In this document: in pieces, positions 1-10,974 of the stretch | Layout: every line of letters starts with the position of its first letter | Position numbering within the stretch: the first letter of the stretch is position 1 | Assembly (NCBI RefSeq): GCF_900167395.1 | Contig: NZ_FUWK01000002.1 | Location: 120,001-152,000 of the forward strand | DNA length: 32,000 bases | From: Nitrosomonas europaea | Lineage (GTDB): Bacteria; Pseudomonadota; Gammaproteobacteria; Burkholderiales; Nitrosomonadaceae | Direction: 5' to 3' | Position numbers and translations under genes: made by a program | The notes under the pieces: model-generated | Told to the model about the DNA's origin: nothing | Database searches by the model: none | The model's input: the letters and a program-made list of their open reading frames with translations, nothing else

Positions 1-390
1 GCACCGGTAAAAAGCATGCTGGAACATATTTTTCAAACAGAAAATACCCGTTTCACTCACAACACAATCAGGTTGTACTGGGGTGCACGAACCAGAGATG
101 GTCTCTACTTGAGTAATCTGGCAGAAAAATGGGCAGCTGAGAATGAAAACTTCAGTTATATCCCGGTGCTATCCGAGCCACTCATAACTGATGACTGGCA
201 GGGAAGAACCGGCCTGGTACATCAAGCTGTCATAAATGATATGAACACGTTGTCTGATTGTCAGGTTTACGCCTGTGGCGCGCCCGCCATGGTAAAAGCT
301 GCTTTTGATGATTTCACTCATCAGCGCAATTTGCAGAGCGAAAATTTCTTCTCCGACGCATTCGTTCCTTCCAAACCGGCAACAGCCTGA
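1..390 (+). CDS. FNR-family flavin reductase / ferredoxin-NAD(P)+ reductase-type oxidoreductase, C-terminal NAD-binding part (5' end lies outside the window)
   Basis: Frame 1 is open from base 1 (APVKSML...), so the ORF-track Met at 16 is internal. APVKSML resembles the G-T-G-I-A-P-x-x-S-M nucleotide-binding motif. YACGAPAMV near the C-terminus is typical of this family. Confidence 0.6.
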   Translation, partial: APVKSMLEHIFQTENTRFTHNTIRLYWGARTRDGLYLSNLAEKWAAENENFSYIPVLSEPLITDDWQGRTGLVHQAVINDMNTLSDCQVYACGAPAMVKAAFDDFTHQRNLQSENFFSDAFVPSKPATA

Positions 391-394
391 GAAA

Positions 395-1564
395 TCAGGC
401 TGTACCGATCCGTTTCAGTGCAAAATCAAGCCCTTTGCGATAGTGTTCACTCGCTGCCTCCTGCTTGCCCAGTTTCTCGAATAACTGCGCCAGCGCAAGG
501 TGCACCGGGTATCCCGGCTCGATTGACAAACTGGCTTCAAGGTAACTCTGTGCCTTACCCCACAACTCTCCGTAAGTGCAAAGTCTTCCCAGTGTCAGCA
601 GCAAACCGGCATTGTTCGGATATTTTGCAAGCCAGCTTTCGGCACGCTGTATCTGCCAGCTGACCACCCCACTCTTACAGTCGGCATATAACGTCACGAG
701 TTCCGGATATGGCTGAGCATCCAGGCCGTTCTCGATAATTTTCTGGGCTGTGGCATTATCCCCCAGGAAAATCAGGGCACGGGCAGCGGCTACCGCAAGT
801 CTGCCATCGAGCTTTTCCCGATACGACAAACTCCCCCAATACTTTCTCAACGAGGCAATATCTTTCGCATTCTTTCTGATATTTTCCAGATGAGCGCGGA
901 ATCGCAGCTCATCTATGAGAGTTCTATCAACAGCAGGTCGATTCACCAGCACCTTCGTCAATTCCAGTACAGCATCCCAGTTTCCAGCCATCTGACGCGC
1001 TTTCAACTCCAGTAACAGCACTGCTGTACTTTGCAAGCCACCGGTCGAGTAAAGCGATTGCAACGCGGCCAGCGCATCGCCATGGCGCCCCTCATCCAGC
1101 AGCAACTCTGCTTCGGCGATCAATGCAAGTGCCCGCCCCGCTGGCGCCTGCTCTCTGGCAACAGCCAGCAAACGGTCACGCAGCGCATAGTTTCTCTGCT
1201 GATGGGCTGACCGGGCTGCCACAACGGCGTTCAAAACCTTGATCGTTTGTCTGTCAGCCAGTCTGGCAGCTTTTTCTGCAAGCGCTACAGCTCTGTCATA
1301 GCGGGTTTCAAAGAATGCCTTCAGTCCGGACCGTGTCAGCTGTTCGACTTTCCTGCTGCGCAGACCGGACAAACCGGACAGCGCCCTCAGCAATGCATAA
1401 AACAGGATAAAAGCAAACAGCAAGATCAGAACGAATGTATTGAACGCAAGCTCAACTTTATAAGGCGGCACCGTAAACAGTACCGAACCCGTATTGTAAT
1501 ATGCAGTCAATACAATGACGGCCGCTGCCGCGAGCAGCGCCAACACCCACAATACCAGCTTCAT
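395..1564 (-). CDS. hemY: HemY-family membrane protein (N-terminal transmembrane segments plus TPR-like C-terminus)
   Basis: Two N-terminal hydrophobic helices are followed by Ala/Leu-rich TPR-like repeats. It is the last gene of a hemC-hemD-hemX-hemY array, 22 nt after hemX. Confidence 0.75.
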   Translation of the reverse strand: MKLVLWVLALLAAAAVIVLTAYYNTGSVLFTVPPYKVELAFNTFVLILLFAFILFYALLRALSGLSGLRSRKVEQLTRSGLKAFFETRYDRAVALAEKAARLADRQTIKVLNAVVAARSAHQQRNYALRDRLLAVAREQAPAGRALALIAEAELLLDEGRHGDALAALQSLYSTGGLQSTAVLLLELKARQMAGNWDAVLELTKVLVNRPAVDRTLIDELRFRAHLENIRKNAKDIASLRKYWGSLSYREKLDGRLAVAAARALIFLGDNATAQKIIENGLDAQPYPELVTLYADCKSGVVSWQIQRAESWLAKYPNNAGLLLTLGRLCTYGELWGKAQSYLEASLSIEPGYPVHLALAQLFEKLGKQEAASEHYRKGLDFALKRIGTA

Positions 1565-1586
1565 CCTTCTCCCCTTTCATGGTAAG

Positions 1587-2594
1587 TTAGTTGTAACGCA
1601 CGGCTTGCAGAAGTTTTCCGGTATCCGGCAACCGTGATCCGATATCGATGCCAGCCAGCCTCTCCAACTCTTTCAGTACATCTCTGACTGACTGAGCCTC
1701 GATATCAAAATACCGCTGTATCCAGTCTGATGCCGATTTGACAGCGGAACCAAAACTCTCCTCGTCCCGGGTCAGCAAGGCGAGACGAGCCAGTATCAAT
1801 TGCAACTCGATGTTTTCTTTCAGAAGGTGAGCTTGAGAAGGTGACAACAGGGGTATTCCCTGATCTGTCTTTTCAATTTTGACCAGTCGACTGAGATCCT
1901 CACCGATTTCACGCAGATAACGCTGCCACCATTCTGGTTCAGGCATATCATCGTATTTTTCAGATAAATCGACGTTGATCAGATGGGCTTCCATTGCCAG
2001 CGGAAGCGTTTCGATCTGTGCTGCAAGTTTGTCAATATTCCGGGAAATTTCAGAGACATCCACAACGGGTTGTGTTTCCAGTCGTTCAATTTCTCCAGCC
2101 AGTATTACAGCCAGTTTTGAAGCGCCGAGGACATCACTCGATTGCAGTAATTCGTACGCGTGTTTCAACGAAACAAGTGCGGAACGCACATCACCTGTCA
2201 ATCGTAATTGACGATCAGTCGAGACGACAAGGCGTTCAACCGTACCCAGAATCCAGGCATCGGACCGGGTACCATTACCTTCGTCAGCAGGCAGTTCAAC
2301 AACTGCCGGGGAGGATGCAGGATCAGCCTGCAAATTTTCTTCAAGAAGATTTAACTGCTGTTCCACTTCTGCTTTCTTCGCTTCAAGCTCGTCAAGCATC
2401 TTGCGGGAACGATTGCTGAAAACATCTGCATCTGCCAGATATTTCGTCAGGGAGTACTCCATTGCAGCGATGTATCCCTGCTTGCCTGCCCAGTTCCACA
2501 GCATGACAGCCACGGCAAGCAGCAGGATGATCAGTATGAAAAGAGCCAGGCGACGGGCTGATCCGGAAGTCGAGGTCTGCGTGTGCTTATTCAT
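1587..2594 (-). CDS. hemX: HemX-family membrane protein (often annotated as uroporphyrinogen-III C-methyltransferase; true function unclear)
   Basis: It has a single N-terminal transmembrane helix (LALFILIILLLAVAVML) followed by a coiled-coil region. It sits between hemD and hemY. Confidence 0.65.
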   Translation of the reverse strand: MNKHTQTSTSGSARRLALFILIILLLAVAVMLWNWAGKQGYIAAMEYSLTKYLADADVFSNRSRKMLDELEAKKAEVEQQLNLLEENLQADPASSPAVVELPADEGNGTRSDAWILGTVERLVVSTDRQLRLTGDVRSALVSLKHAYELLQSSDVLGASKLAVILAGEIERLETQPVVDVSEISRNIDKLAAQIETLPLAMEAHLINVDLSEKYDDMPEPEWWQRYLREIGEDLSRLVKIEKTDQGIPLLSPSQAHLLKENIELQLILARLALLTRDEESFGSAVKSASDWIQRYFDIEAQSVRDVLKELERLAGIDIGSRLPDTGKLLQAVRYN

Positions 2595-2617
2595 ATGATC
2601 GAATATTCTTAGCGAAA

Positions 2618-3424
2618 CTACATTTTTTCGAAATACTCCAGCAAGCCTTGTACTGTTCCTTCATCTCCGAGAAGAGTGCGATATATTTTTCTGATACCCA
2701 GCTCCCGGGCTTTGCGCTCTATCCGCTCATGTGCAGTGAACACCGGCGTGGCTTTGAGCAATTGTTGGCCGGTTTCACCGATCATGTCAAATAAATTATC
2801 CAGACCTTCACTACTGCTTATGATCACTGCCTGAATCCCGTCATCACGCCAATGTTTCAGCAACGGCAGCGGATCAGCTTCCGGTTTGTGACGACGGTAG
2901 CATTCAATGTATTCAACACTGGCTCCGCGCTCACGCAATGTATCTCCCAGCAATCTCCGTCCGTCATTGCCGCGAAAAATCACTACGTGCCTGCCCTGCA
3001 TGACCTGAAACTGAGGCATGCGCAGCAATGCCTCGCTGTCAGAACCCTCTTCAGGAACAATCACATTGGTGATGCCGTAGCGTTCAAGTACCCTGGCACT
3101 CCCTTTACCCACAGTTGCTACCAGTACATGCCGAGGCCAGCTGTGGCTGACCTGAACCAGTGGGATGACTTTCTCCACGGCATTCGGACTGACGAATACG
3201 GCTAAATCAAACTCATCGAGTCTTGCAATCAGATCAAGCAAGGGCTGCTTGTTTTCACTGTCGGAAATTTCCAGCACGGGAAACAACCAGGGCTCTCCGC
3301 CCAGTTCTCTGACCCATGTCGCCAAACCACCTGCCTGATGCAGAGGACGTGTAATCAGGATACTTTTACCGGCCAGCCGATTGGAGGACAAATCCACCCC
3401 GGTTTCAACCCCGGTCCCAGTCAC
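2618..3424 (-). CDS. hemD: uroporphyrinogen-III synthase
   Basis: 268 aa. The N-terminus ILITRP...Q is HemD-like. It begins 3 nt downstream of the hemC stop. Confidence 0.85.
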   Translation of the reverse strand: MTGTGVETGVDLSSNRLAGKSILITRPLHQAGGLATWVRELGGEPWLFPVLEISDSENKQPLLDLIARLDEFDLAVFVSPNAVEKVIPLVQVSHSWPRHVLVATVGKGSARVLERYGITNVIVPEEGSDSEALLRMPQFQVMQGRHVVIFRGNDGRRLLGDTLRERGASVEYIECYRRHKPEADPLPLLKHWRDDGIQAVIISSSEGLDNLFDMIGETGQQLLKATPVFTAHERIERKARELGIRKIYRTLLGDEGTVQGLLEYFEKM

Positions 3425-3427
3425 TTT

Positions 3428-4354
3428 TCACGCCAGTGCAGCAAGAATTTCCTCCGCACCATGAGCTTTCAGGTTTTGTGCCAGTTGCTGACCCACCTGC
3501 TCACCCGATTCCGGTTTACCGCATAATTTATCCGCAATCATTCTCGATCCGTCAGGAGTCGCCACAAAACCGCGCAGGGTCAATACATCTTCGAAAATCT
3601 CGGCAAAGCCACCCAGAGGCACTTGACAGCTGCCCCCCAGCATACGGCTCATGGCACGTTCCGCCTCCACACAGCAAGCTGTTGCAGCGTGGTGCAATGG
3701 CTTCATCCACTCCACCATATCAGGATCATTGTCACGGCATTCGATACCCAGCGCACCCTGTCCAACCGCAGGAAGGCTCAGTTCGGGTGGCAGCAGCATA
3801 CTGATGCGATACCCCAGTTCCAGACGCTTCAATCCGGCTGCAGCCAGAATGATCGCACTGTATTCTCCCTCATCCAGTTTTCTCAGCCGCGTCTGGACAT
3901 TGCCACGCAACGGCCGCACCTGCAGATGAGGAAAACGTGCACGCAACTGGGATTCACGTCGCAGGCTGGAGGTACCCACCACACTTCCGGCAGGCAATTC
4001 TTCCAAGCTGGAAAAATCATTTGAAACAAACGCATCACGCGGATCTTCCCGTTCCGTAATAGCTGCCAGTGTGAATCCGGATGGAACAATCATCGGCACA
4101 TCTTTCATGGAATGCACGGCGATATCCGCACGACCATCTTCCAGCGCCAGCTCGAGCTCCTTGATAAAAAGTCCCTTGCCACCAATTTTCGACAGGGAAA
4201 CATCCAGAATCTGATCTCCTTTGGTCGTCATGCCAAGTATGGTGATATCAGTTTGCGGGTATAATTCGAGCAGACGGCCCCGGATGAAATTCGCCTGCCA
4301 CAAAGCGAGCTGGCTCTCGCGTGATGCAATAACAATTTTTTTAGGACTGGACAT
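3428..4354 (-). CDS. hemC: hydroxymethylbilane synthase (porphobilinogen deaminase)
   Basis: [34 protein letters not shown] and the cofactor-cysteine block GGSCQVPLG are all present. I chose the internal ATG at 4354 ([11 protein letters not shown]...), because the 39 upstream codons of the ORF have no HemC counterpart. Confidence 0.92.
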   Translation of the reverse strand: MSSPKKIVIASRESQLALWQANFIRGRLLELYPQTDITILGMTTKGDQILDVSLSKIGGKGLFIKELELALEDGRADIAVHSMKDVPMIVPSGFTLAAITEREDPRDAFVSNDFSSLEELPAGSVVGTSSLRRESQLRARFPHLQVRPLRGNVQTRLRKLDEGEYSAIILAAAGLKRLELGYRISMLLPPELSLPAVGQGALGIECRDNDPDMVEWMKPLHHAATACCVEAERAMSRMLGGSCQVPLGGFAEIFEDVLTLRGFVATPDGSRMIADKLCGKPESGEQVGQQLAQNLKAHGAEEILAALA

Positions 4355-4477
4355 AGCAGAAATCCGAATTTGCGGCAATGCAGCCATTCTAGCATGGCCG
4401 CCCCCGGTACGGATGATGACGGATGACTGCGCCTTCATCCCGGCCCCCAAATCCATGATTACAGGAGACATGCAATA
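4355..4477. promoter_or_regulatory. divergent hemC / ppc promoter region (inferred from gene arrangement only)
   Basis: This is a 123-bp spacer between divergently oriented starts. I did not map any specific -35/-10 elements. Confidence 0.3.
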
Positions 4478-7279
4478 ATGAGTCTGAATACCCGAGCAAA
4501 CATTATTCCCGAGAAAAACACGCCCAACGAAAAAGATTATCCGTTGCGGGAAGATATTCGTTTGCTGGGACGTATGCTGGGGGACACCATACGAGAGCTG
4601 GAAGGTGAAACGATGTTCAACCTAGTCGAAACCATTCGCCAGACATCCGTACGCTTCCGGCGAGATCAGGATGAAGCGGCCGAACACGAGCTCGATACCA
4701 TCCTCAACCATCTCAGCCACAAGGAAACCATCGCTGTCGTACGAGCATTTAGTTATTTCTCACTGCTGTCAAATATCGCTGAAGATTTGCACCACAACCG
4801 CCGTCGTCGTGCCCATTTGCGTGCAGGCTCCCCTCCCCAGGATGGCAGTGTCACGCTGGCTCTGCAACGCGTAGTGAAAAAAGGCATCGATGCCGAGCAA
4901 CTGCAGAATTTTTTTGCCAGCGCATTGATCTCCCCTGTACTGACAGCTCATCCGACTGAAGTGCAGCGACGCAGCATCCTGGATTATCAGCTGAAGATTC
5001 AGCGCCTGCTCAAAGAACGGGATCGTACCCAGCTCACACCCAATGAAATGCGCCACAACGAGGAAGATCTGCGTTCCGCCATCCAGACACTATGGCAGAC
5101 CCGGGTGCTACGTTCCGTCAGGCTGACGGTACAGGATGAAATTGAGAATGGCCTGATCTATTACCACTACACTTTTCTCCGGCAAATTCCCTATATCTAC
5201 GCCAAGCTCGAGGATATCCTGGAACGCCACATGGACAAGGCAGCGCCGCGCATTGCCTCATTTCTACGGATCGGCAGCTGGATAGGTGGAGACCGGGACG
5301 GCAACCCTTTCGTTACCCACCAGATCATGCTGCATGCCGCTGAGCGGCACTCGGCACTGATACTTGATTTCTACATCAGCGAAGTGGAAAGAATCGGCCA
5401 GACCATGAGTCTGTCCGAGCGTCTGATCAAGGTCAGCAGTGATCTGGAAGGACTGGCTTCCACCGCACCCGGCCTGCCGGCCAGCAGGATCGATGAGCCC
5501 TACCGGCGTGTATTTCTCGGCATCCATGCCCGTCTGATCGCAACCAGCAGACATCTGGGATCGTCCATTCGTGGATGTTGCCAGGAAAACAATGCCGAAC
5601 CTTACGCCGACAGTGCCGAATTCGTACATGATCTCGATATCGTCATCCGTTCATTGAGACAACACCGGTCAGACAGACTGGCCCAGGGGGCTTTACGTGA
5701 TCTGCGACGGGCGGCAGATGTATTCGGTTTCCACCTGGCACCGCTGGATATGCGCCAGCACAGCAAGATTCATGAACAGGTCATCTCTGAACTGTATGAG
5801 AAAAACACCCGGGACGACCGGAATTACCTCGAGATGTCTCGCTCTGAACGTGTTGAATGGCTGCTGGCCGAACTCAGGCATCCACGTTCACTGGTCACCT
5901 CTTTTTCAGATTTCTCCGACGTTACCCAGGGCGAATTACGCATCCTGAAAATGGCTGCTGAAATCCAGCGCCGTTTCGGCCACGCCGCACTGCCCAACTA
6001 CATCATCTCGATGGCAACCGGCGTTGTACATATCCTGGAAGTGGCATTGCTGCTGAAAGAAGCCGGATTATTGCAATTTGGTGATGACCCGCGCTCGACC
6101 GTAAACATCATCCCGCTATTCGAAACGATCGATGATCTGCGCGGCTGCGCCAGCGTCATGGATGAATTGTTTTCTCTTCCGGATTACCGCAAGTTACTGC
6201 TTTCACGAGACAATCTGCAAGAAGTCATGCTGGGTTATTCTGACAGCAACAAAGACGGTGGATTCGTTACTTCAAACTGGGAAATCTATAAAGCCGAAAT
6301 CGAGCTGACTCGGGTATTCGATCGCCACGGAGTAAGGCTGCGTCTGTTCCACGGCCGCGGCGGTACGGTAGGACGTGGCGGTGGTCCCAGCTATCAGGGA
6401 ATACTGGCTCAGCCACCAGGCAGTGTCAGTGGCCAGATCCGGCTGACCGAGCAGGGTGAAGTCATCGCCAGTAAATATACAGACCCTGAAATCGGACGGC
6501 GTAATCTCGAAACCCTGGTTGCCGCCACCATCGAATCCACACTACTGGATCGTGATGCCGTCCATTATCACGCACCCCATTATCACCAGATCATGGAAGA
6601 ACTGTCTTCCAGTGCGTGTGCTGCCTATCGCGATCTGGTCTATAAAACACCGGGATTCAAGCAGTTTTTCCTGGAATCCACCCCGATCCGTGAAATTGCC
6701 GGTCTGCATATCGGCAGTCGGCCGACTTCGCGCAAACCTTCTGACAAAATCGAAGATCTGCGGGCGATTCCGTGGGTATTCAGCTGGAGCCTGAATCGCA
6801 CGATGATTCCTGGCTGGTACGGGTTTGGTACAGCCGTGGAAAATTTCGTGCAGCAAGCCGGGAATGAGCAGGAAGCATTGAAACAACTGCAGGAGATGTA
6901 TCGCACCTGGCCTTTTTTGCAAACCCTGCTGTCCAACATGGACATGGTGCTGTCAAAGAGCGATCTGGGTATCGCCTCGCGCTACGCCGAACTGGTAACT
7001 GATCCCGAATTACGACAAAGCGTTTTCACCAGCATCCGCACTGAATGGGAGCTTTGTATGAAATGGCTGTTTGCCATTACCGGCTATTCTGAACTTCTGC
7101 AGGATAACCCGACTCTGGCGCGCAGCATCCGTATCCGGACACCCTATATCGACCCGCTGAACCACTTGCAAATAGAACTGCTCCGCCGCTATCGCTCGGG
7201 AGATGATGACGATACCGTTCGTCGTGCAATTCATCTGACTATCAATGGAGTCGCTACCGGGCTCAGGAACAGCGGTTAA
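4478..7279 (+). CDS. ppc: phosphoenolpyruvate carboxylase
   Basis: 933 aa with [32 protein letters not shown] and a C-terminal GLRNSG. Confidence 0.97.
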   Translation: MSLNTRANIIPEKNTPNEKDYPLREDIRLLGRMLGDTIRELEGETMFNLVETIRQTSVRFRRDQDEAAEHELDTILNHLSHKETIAVVRAFSYFSLLSNIAEDLHHNRRRRAHLRAGSPPQDGSVTLALQRVVKKGIDAEQLQNFFASALISPVLTAHPTEVQRRSILDYQLKIQRLLKERDRTQLTPNEMRHNEEDLRSAIQTLWQTRVLRSVRLTVQDEIENGLIYYHYTFLRQIPYIYAKLEDILERHMDKAAPRIASFLRIGSWIGGDRDGNPFVTHQIMLHAAERHSALILDFYISEVERIGQTMSLSERLIKVSSDLEGLASTAPGLPASRIDEPYRRVFLGIHARLIATSRHLGSSIRGCCQENNAEPYADSAEFVHDLDIVIRSLRQHRSDRLAQGALRDLRRAADVFGFHLAPLDMRQHSKIHEQVISELYEKNTRDDRNYLEMSRSERVEWLLAELRHPRSLVTSFSDFSDVTQGELRILKMAAEIQRRFGHAALPNYIISMATGVVHILEVALLLKEAGLLQFGDDPRSTVNIIPLFETIDDLRGCASVMDELFSLPDYRKLLLSRDNLQEVMLGYSDSNKDGGFVTSNWEIYKAEIELTRVFDRHGVRLRLFHGRGGTVGRGGGPSYQGILAQPPGSVSGQIRLTEQGEVIASKYTDPEIGRRNLETLVAATIESTLLDRDAVHYHAPHYHQIMEELSSSACAAYRDLVYKTPGFKQFFLESTPIREIAGLHIGSRPTSRKPSDKIEDLRAIPWVFSWSLNRTMIPGWYGFGTAVENFVQQAGNEQEALKQLQEMYRTWPFLQTLLSNMDMVLSKSDLGIASRYAELVTDPELRQSVFTSIRTEWELCMKWLFAITGYSELLQDNPTLARSIRIRTPYIDPLNHLQIELLRRYRSGDDDDTVRRAIHLTINGVATGLRNSG

Positions 7280-7532
7280 TATTTCCCGGAAACCACCTGC
7301 CTGAATTTCTGTGGTTAAAATAACTGCAACTCACGATAACAGCGGATAATATTTAAGTATAGGATTACTGGCCGGTTACCGGCATTAATTAAACTGTGAA
7401 TTGCCTGGCTTGCATTCATGCTGGCGTCGTATTTAATCGAACCAGGAAACAGACCGGAAGCCATGAATTGAAGCGTTACTCCTTCAACCGGTTTTTTCCT
7501 GAACCTGACTGTCGTCACTACCGGGAGGAATA

Positions 7533-9518
7533 ATGAAACAAGAGAGTCCTCGATTGGAAAACACCACACCCGTCGAAGAAAAAATGACCCGCTCTCTTCT
7601 CGATCACCTCACCCGACTCAAACCAACCCGACTGGTCATTTTCACCTCTGTTTTTTTATCCTGCCTGTTACTTTCGCTCGGTTTCGTTTTTTTACAACCG
7701 GCAACTTATCAGAGCTATGCCACCCTGCTGACCGTTGCCAAAACAGCCATCGATCAGGCAAGCAGGGAAGCCGACATCCAGCATGTTGCCATTCAGAAAC
7801 AGGTTCTCCTCGGTTCGGAACTGCTGACCGAAACGGCAGATCGTCTGCGGAAAGGCGACGATGCTGAAGCGGGAATCAATCTGACACACGCTGCCATTCG
7901 CGACATGCTGGATGTCCGGCCGGTAGACGACACCAATCTGGTCGAAATGGTGGCTGAAGGGAATGAACCCGGGTTACTGCCACGCCTCATCAATACCTGG
8001 ATCGACGTCTATCTGGATGCACGATCAGCAGAAATTGCCCGATCCAAAGGCTCGACGGTAGAAATGATGCAGGAGGAACTGGTTGCGCTGACCGAAAAGA
8101 TTCAACAAAAAAGGCTCGAGCTCGAGCAATTCCGACAGCATAACGAAATCGTCTCGACCGAACGGCAGGACAATGAAGCACTGGCACGTCTCAAAGGACT
8201 GACTGATTCGCTGAATAAAGCCAGCGAAGAAGAAGTCAAGGCCAAAGCACGTCTCGACACCATCAGGAAATCGATCGAAAGGGGACAGATCGTCGTACCC
8301 AATGAAGATACACGCACACTGAGTGCGCTCGAGAGACGTGCACAGGAGTTACGAGAACAACTGGAAGAACTGGATCGGCAATACACCCGTGAATACATGG
8401 CTTTATCCCCTGATCTCAAAGTGATTCCGGACAAACTGCGAGCACTCGAAGATGAAATTCAGCACATCCGTCGGAAAGGTCAGACCGTAGTCGTCAGTGA
8501 TGCCGAGCAGGAATATGCTGCTGCCCGGCAGGCTACCCGTTCAATCCAGGAACAACTCGACCAGCACAGAAAAAAAGCGGCTGAATTCACAGCCCGCTTC
8601 ACCGAACATGATGCATTGAAATCCGATCTGGAAGAACTGGAGCAGCTCTACCGCGATACTCAGGCAAGACTGGCTCAGATCGAGGCGCAACATACCGGAA
8701 AATACCCCTACGTCGATGTCATTGAACGTGCTTTCCTGCCCCATCACCCGATCGGACCGGATTACCTGTGGAACGCCATGATCGCGACACTGGCGTCTTT
8801 GTTGCTGGGCCTGACTGCGATCTGGATCCTTGAATTCCTGATGCACAAGGAGCAGGAAAAACTGGCAATCCATCTATCCGGTATCCATCTTCACAATCAG
8901 GATAATTTGCCCCACAGTGCCTTCGATGTCCTGCCGTCGACATCAGTCAATCTGCCTCGGCAACCTGCTCAGGCACTCGAACATACCAGTATGAACGGGC
9001 TCACGCCACAGCAGATCGCCACCCTGTTTCAGACAGCGAACATCCGGGAAAAACAGCTGCTGCTCTTGCTGCTGAGTGGTTTGACGCCGGATGAAATCAC
9101 CCATTTGCAGCAGGATGACATCGATCTTGAACACAATTCACTCACGGTCAGAAGCGTGCCGGCCAGAACGATTCCTCTACATCCTGTCCTGGCCGCGCTC
9201 TACGGTAAATACGGCCACTGTCTGACGGATCCTGCCGGGAATCGTTTGAATCAGGAAGAGCTGGAAGCCTTACTGATCTGCCTGCAGATCGATGCCGATC
9301 TGTCAGCAGATAACCAGATTTCGGCTGAAATATTGCGCCAGACTTATATTCTCTATCTGGTAAGGCAAGGCATTCGCCTCGGTGATCTCGAATCGGTCAC
9401 GGGTTATATCTCACCGACAGAACTGTCCGGTTACGGCACTTATGCTCCTGCAGGTACCAGATACCCGGTCGAATCAGTCAATCTGTTCTACCCGATCGAT
9501 TACAAACAGGATGTGTGA
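7533..9518 (+). CDS. Wzz/GumC-type polysaccharide chain-length-determinant-like protein with a C-terminal cytoplasmic domain resembling an inactive tyrosine-recombinase fold
   Basis: A GGAGG lies 5 nt upstream of the ATG. The layout is transmembrane helix 1 (LVIFTSVFLSCLLLSLGFVFL), a long Glu/Arg/Leu/Gln-rich coiled coil, transmembrane helix 2 (NAMIATLASLLLGLTAIWILEFL), then a ~225-aa tail. There is no Walker A / BY-kinase motif. Confidence 0.55.
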   Translation: MKQESPRLENTTPVEEKMTRSLLDHLTRLKPTRLVIFTSVFLSCLLLSLGFVFLQPATYQSYATLLTVAKTAIDQASREADIQHVAIQKQVLLGSELLTETADRLRKGDDAEAGINLTHAAIRDMLDVRPVDDTNLVEMVAEGNEPGLLPRLINTWIDVYLDARSAEIARSKGSTVEMMQEELVALTEKIQQKRLELEQFRQHNEIVSTERQDNEALARLKGLTDSLNKASEEEVKAKARLDTIRKSIERGQIVVPNEDTRTLSALERRAQELREQLEELDRQYTREYMALSPDLKVIPDKLRALEDEIQHIRRKGQTVVVSDAEQEYAAARQATRSIQEQLDQHRKKAAEFTARFTEHDALKSDLEELEQLYRDTQARLAQIEAQHTGKYPYVDVIERAFLPHHPIGPDYLWNAMIATLASLLLGLTAIWILEFLMHKEQEKLAIHLSGIHLHNQDNLPHSAFDVLPSTSVNLPRQPAQALEHTSMNGLTPQQIATLFQTANIREKQLLLLLLSGLTPDEITHLQQDDIDLEHNSLTVRSVPARTIPLHPVLAALYGKYGHCLTDPAGNRLNQEELEALLICLQIDADLSADNQISAEILRQTYILYLVRQGIRLGDLESVTGYISPTELSGYGTYAPAGTRYPVESVNLFYPIDYKQDV

Positions 9519-9537
9519 CAGGCCTCGTAACGTAATT

Positions 9538-10974
9538 CTATAACGCTGGATTTTTCAACAACGCATCGATCAGTCTTTTTTCGATCGAGCTGTACTGCCG
9601 GGTATCGTCCGTATGCAGTCCTGGTGATCTGCCCCAGGCTGGGTTCTGCCTGAGCATATCGATGATCTGCTGCCAGCCGTCCGGCAGCTCACCACGCTCC
9701 GGCTGCTGACTTACCTGATCGGTATGACAGGCAGCGTGCCCCCGGTTCATCAGTTTATCCAGCAGTTGGCGCTGGCGCAGATACAGCAACTGCAAGGTGC
9801 TGTCATCTACACATAACCACCGGGTACCCCGGATTTTCGCCTGAATCTCCTTGCCGTAACGTCTGAATGTAGACCAGCCGGTTCCGGCAAGTGCGCCCAG
9901 CATGCTGGCAACCCCAAGACTCAATCCTCCTGTCATCAGATCGATTCCTGCTCCAGCAGCAGCCCCCTTGAGTGCCGCACTGCCGATATCCAGACCATAG
10001 GCTTTCAGTACACCGGGTGCAAACAGATCAAGCTGCCAGTAGCCATTCTGTACCGGGATCTTTTGCAGTTCGATATCCTTATCCGTGAAATTGAACATCT
10101 TCAGCAAATCAACCAGACAGTGCTGCTCTGCCTGACGGATGAAATCCTGCAATCTGATCGCTGCAGATGAAGTATCACCAGCCGAACTGCGTTCATCACC
10201 CGTATGCTCCCGGTAACACGCCGTAGTAATGATCAAGCCGGCAATCCGCCTGGCGGCAGACATGCAAAGCTGATTCCAGACTCTGGCACGGTGGTCGATC
10301 AGACGTTGCAGGCGGGTATAGTGCACTTCCAGCAGGCTTTGTATTTTCTGGTACAGGCGCTTTTCCGCTTCAAAGGCAAATGCCACGGTATCCAGTTCAA
10401 GCGAGGCGTATATGTTGAACGCCGCCAGCTTTTTTCTCCACAGATCGAGCTCGGCCCGATGCGCCGCAGTAAAATTGAATATCGGGATCATCGGCTTCAT
10501 TGCCTTGCCGAGTATCTCGATTTCGATGAGATATTTTTCCAGCACCGGCTCACGCACGTCGATCACATATAACAGCACATCACTACGCAACACCTGCCGG
10601 ATAACCTTGGCTTCCTGTTCCAGCGGATCGTTGAGAGGCGTCGCAGCAACAAATTTTTCCAGCAGTTCACTTTGCGTGCTGCGCTTGTTTCTGGTCGCAA
10701 TCAGATGGAGTTTGTCCTGCAGTGCATAGACATCTTCGATTCCGGGTGTATCGTGCAAATTGAGCACCGCTTCACTTCCGGCAAAAATGGTAGCCCGTTC
10801 GACATGACGGGTCGTCCCCGCTGCATCATCCACTCTGCCAAAGCTGGTACTGCGCAGCAAAGTACGAATCAGCGAGGTTTTTCCGGTATTGGTATGGCCA
10901 ACGACAGCAATCTCCAGCAGCGGTGCTTCCTGCATCGAGACTGTCCCGACAGATTTCATATCAGTATGCATCAT
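9538..10974 (-). CDS. GTPase with a C-terminal membrane-associated domain (DUF3482-type)
   Basis: G1 is GHTNTGKTS and G3 is DTPG. I saw no canonical NKxD. A glycine-zipper-like stretch (GSAALKGAAAGAGIDLMTGGLSLGVASMLGALAGTG) is present. Its start overlaps the upstream stop as TGATG. Confidence 0.7.
   Translation of the reverse strand: MMHTDMKSVGTVSMQEAPLLEIAVVGHTNTGKTSLIRTLLRSTSFGRVDDAAGTTRHVERATIFAGSEAVLNLHDTPGIEDVYALQDKLHLIATRNKRSTQSELLEKFVAATPLNDPLEQEAKVIRQVLRSDVLLYVIDVREPVLEKYLIEIEILGKAMKPMIPIFNFTAAHRAELDLWRKKLAAFNIYASLELDTVAFAFEAEKRLYQKIQSLLEVHYTRLQRLIDHRARVWNQLCMSAARRIAGLIITTACYREHTGDERSSAGDTSSAAIRLQDFIRQAEQHCLVDLLKMFNFTDKDIELQKIPVQNGYWQLDLFAPGVLKAYGLDIGSAALKGAAAGAGIDLMTGGLSLGVASMLGALAGTGWSTFRRYGKEIQAKIRGTRWLCVDDSTLQLLYLRQRQLLDKLMNRGHAACHTDQVSQQPERGELPDGWQQIIDMLRQNPAWGRSPGLHTDDTRQYSSIEKRLIDALLKNPAL

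Noticed and set aside
4355-4471. 39-codon N-terminal extension of hemC in the ORF track
   Set aside because: The extension ([17 protein letters not shown]...) has no counterpart in HemC proteins. The internal ATG at 4354 gives the canonical N-terminus and leaves a sensible divergent promoter spacer with ppc.
7291-7316. Inverted repeat aaccac / gtggtt just after ppc as a possible terminator
   Set aside because: The stem is only 6 bp with a 14-nt loop, and there is no T-run on either strand. That is too weak to call.
7315-7569. 84-aa minus-strand ORF in the ppc / Wzz-like intergenic region
   Set aside because: It has no RBS and no motifs, and it overlaps the well-supported start and RBS of the plus-strand gene at 7533. 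It is probably non-coding promoter DNA.
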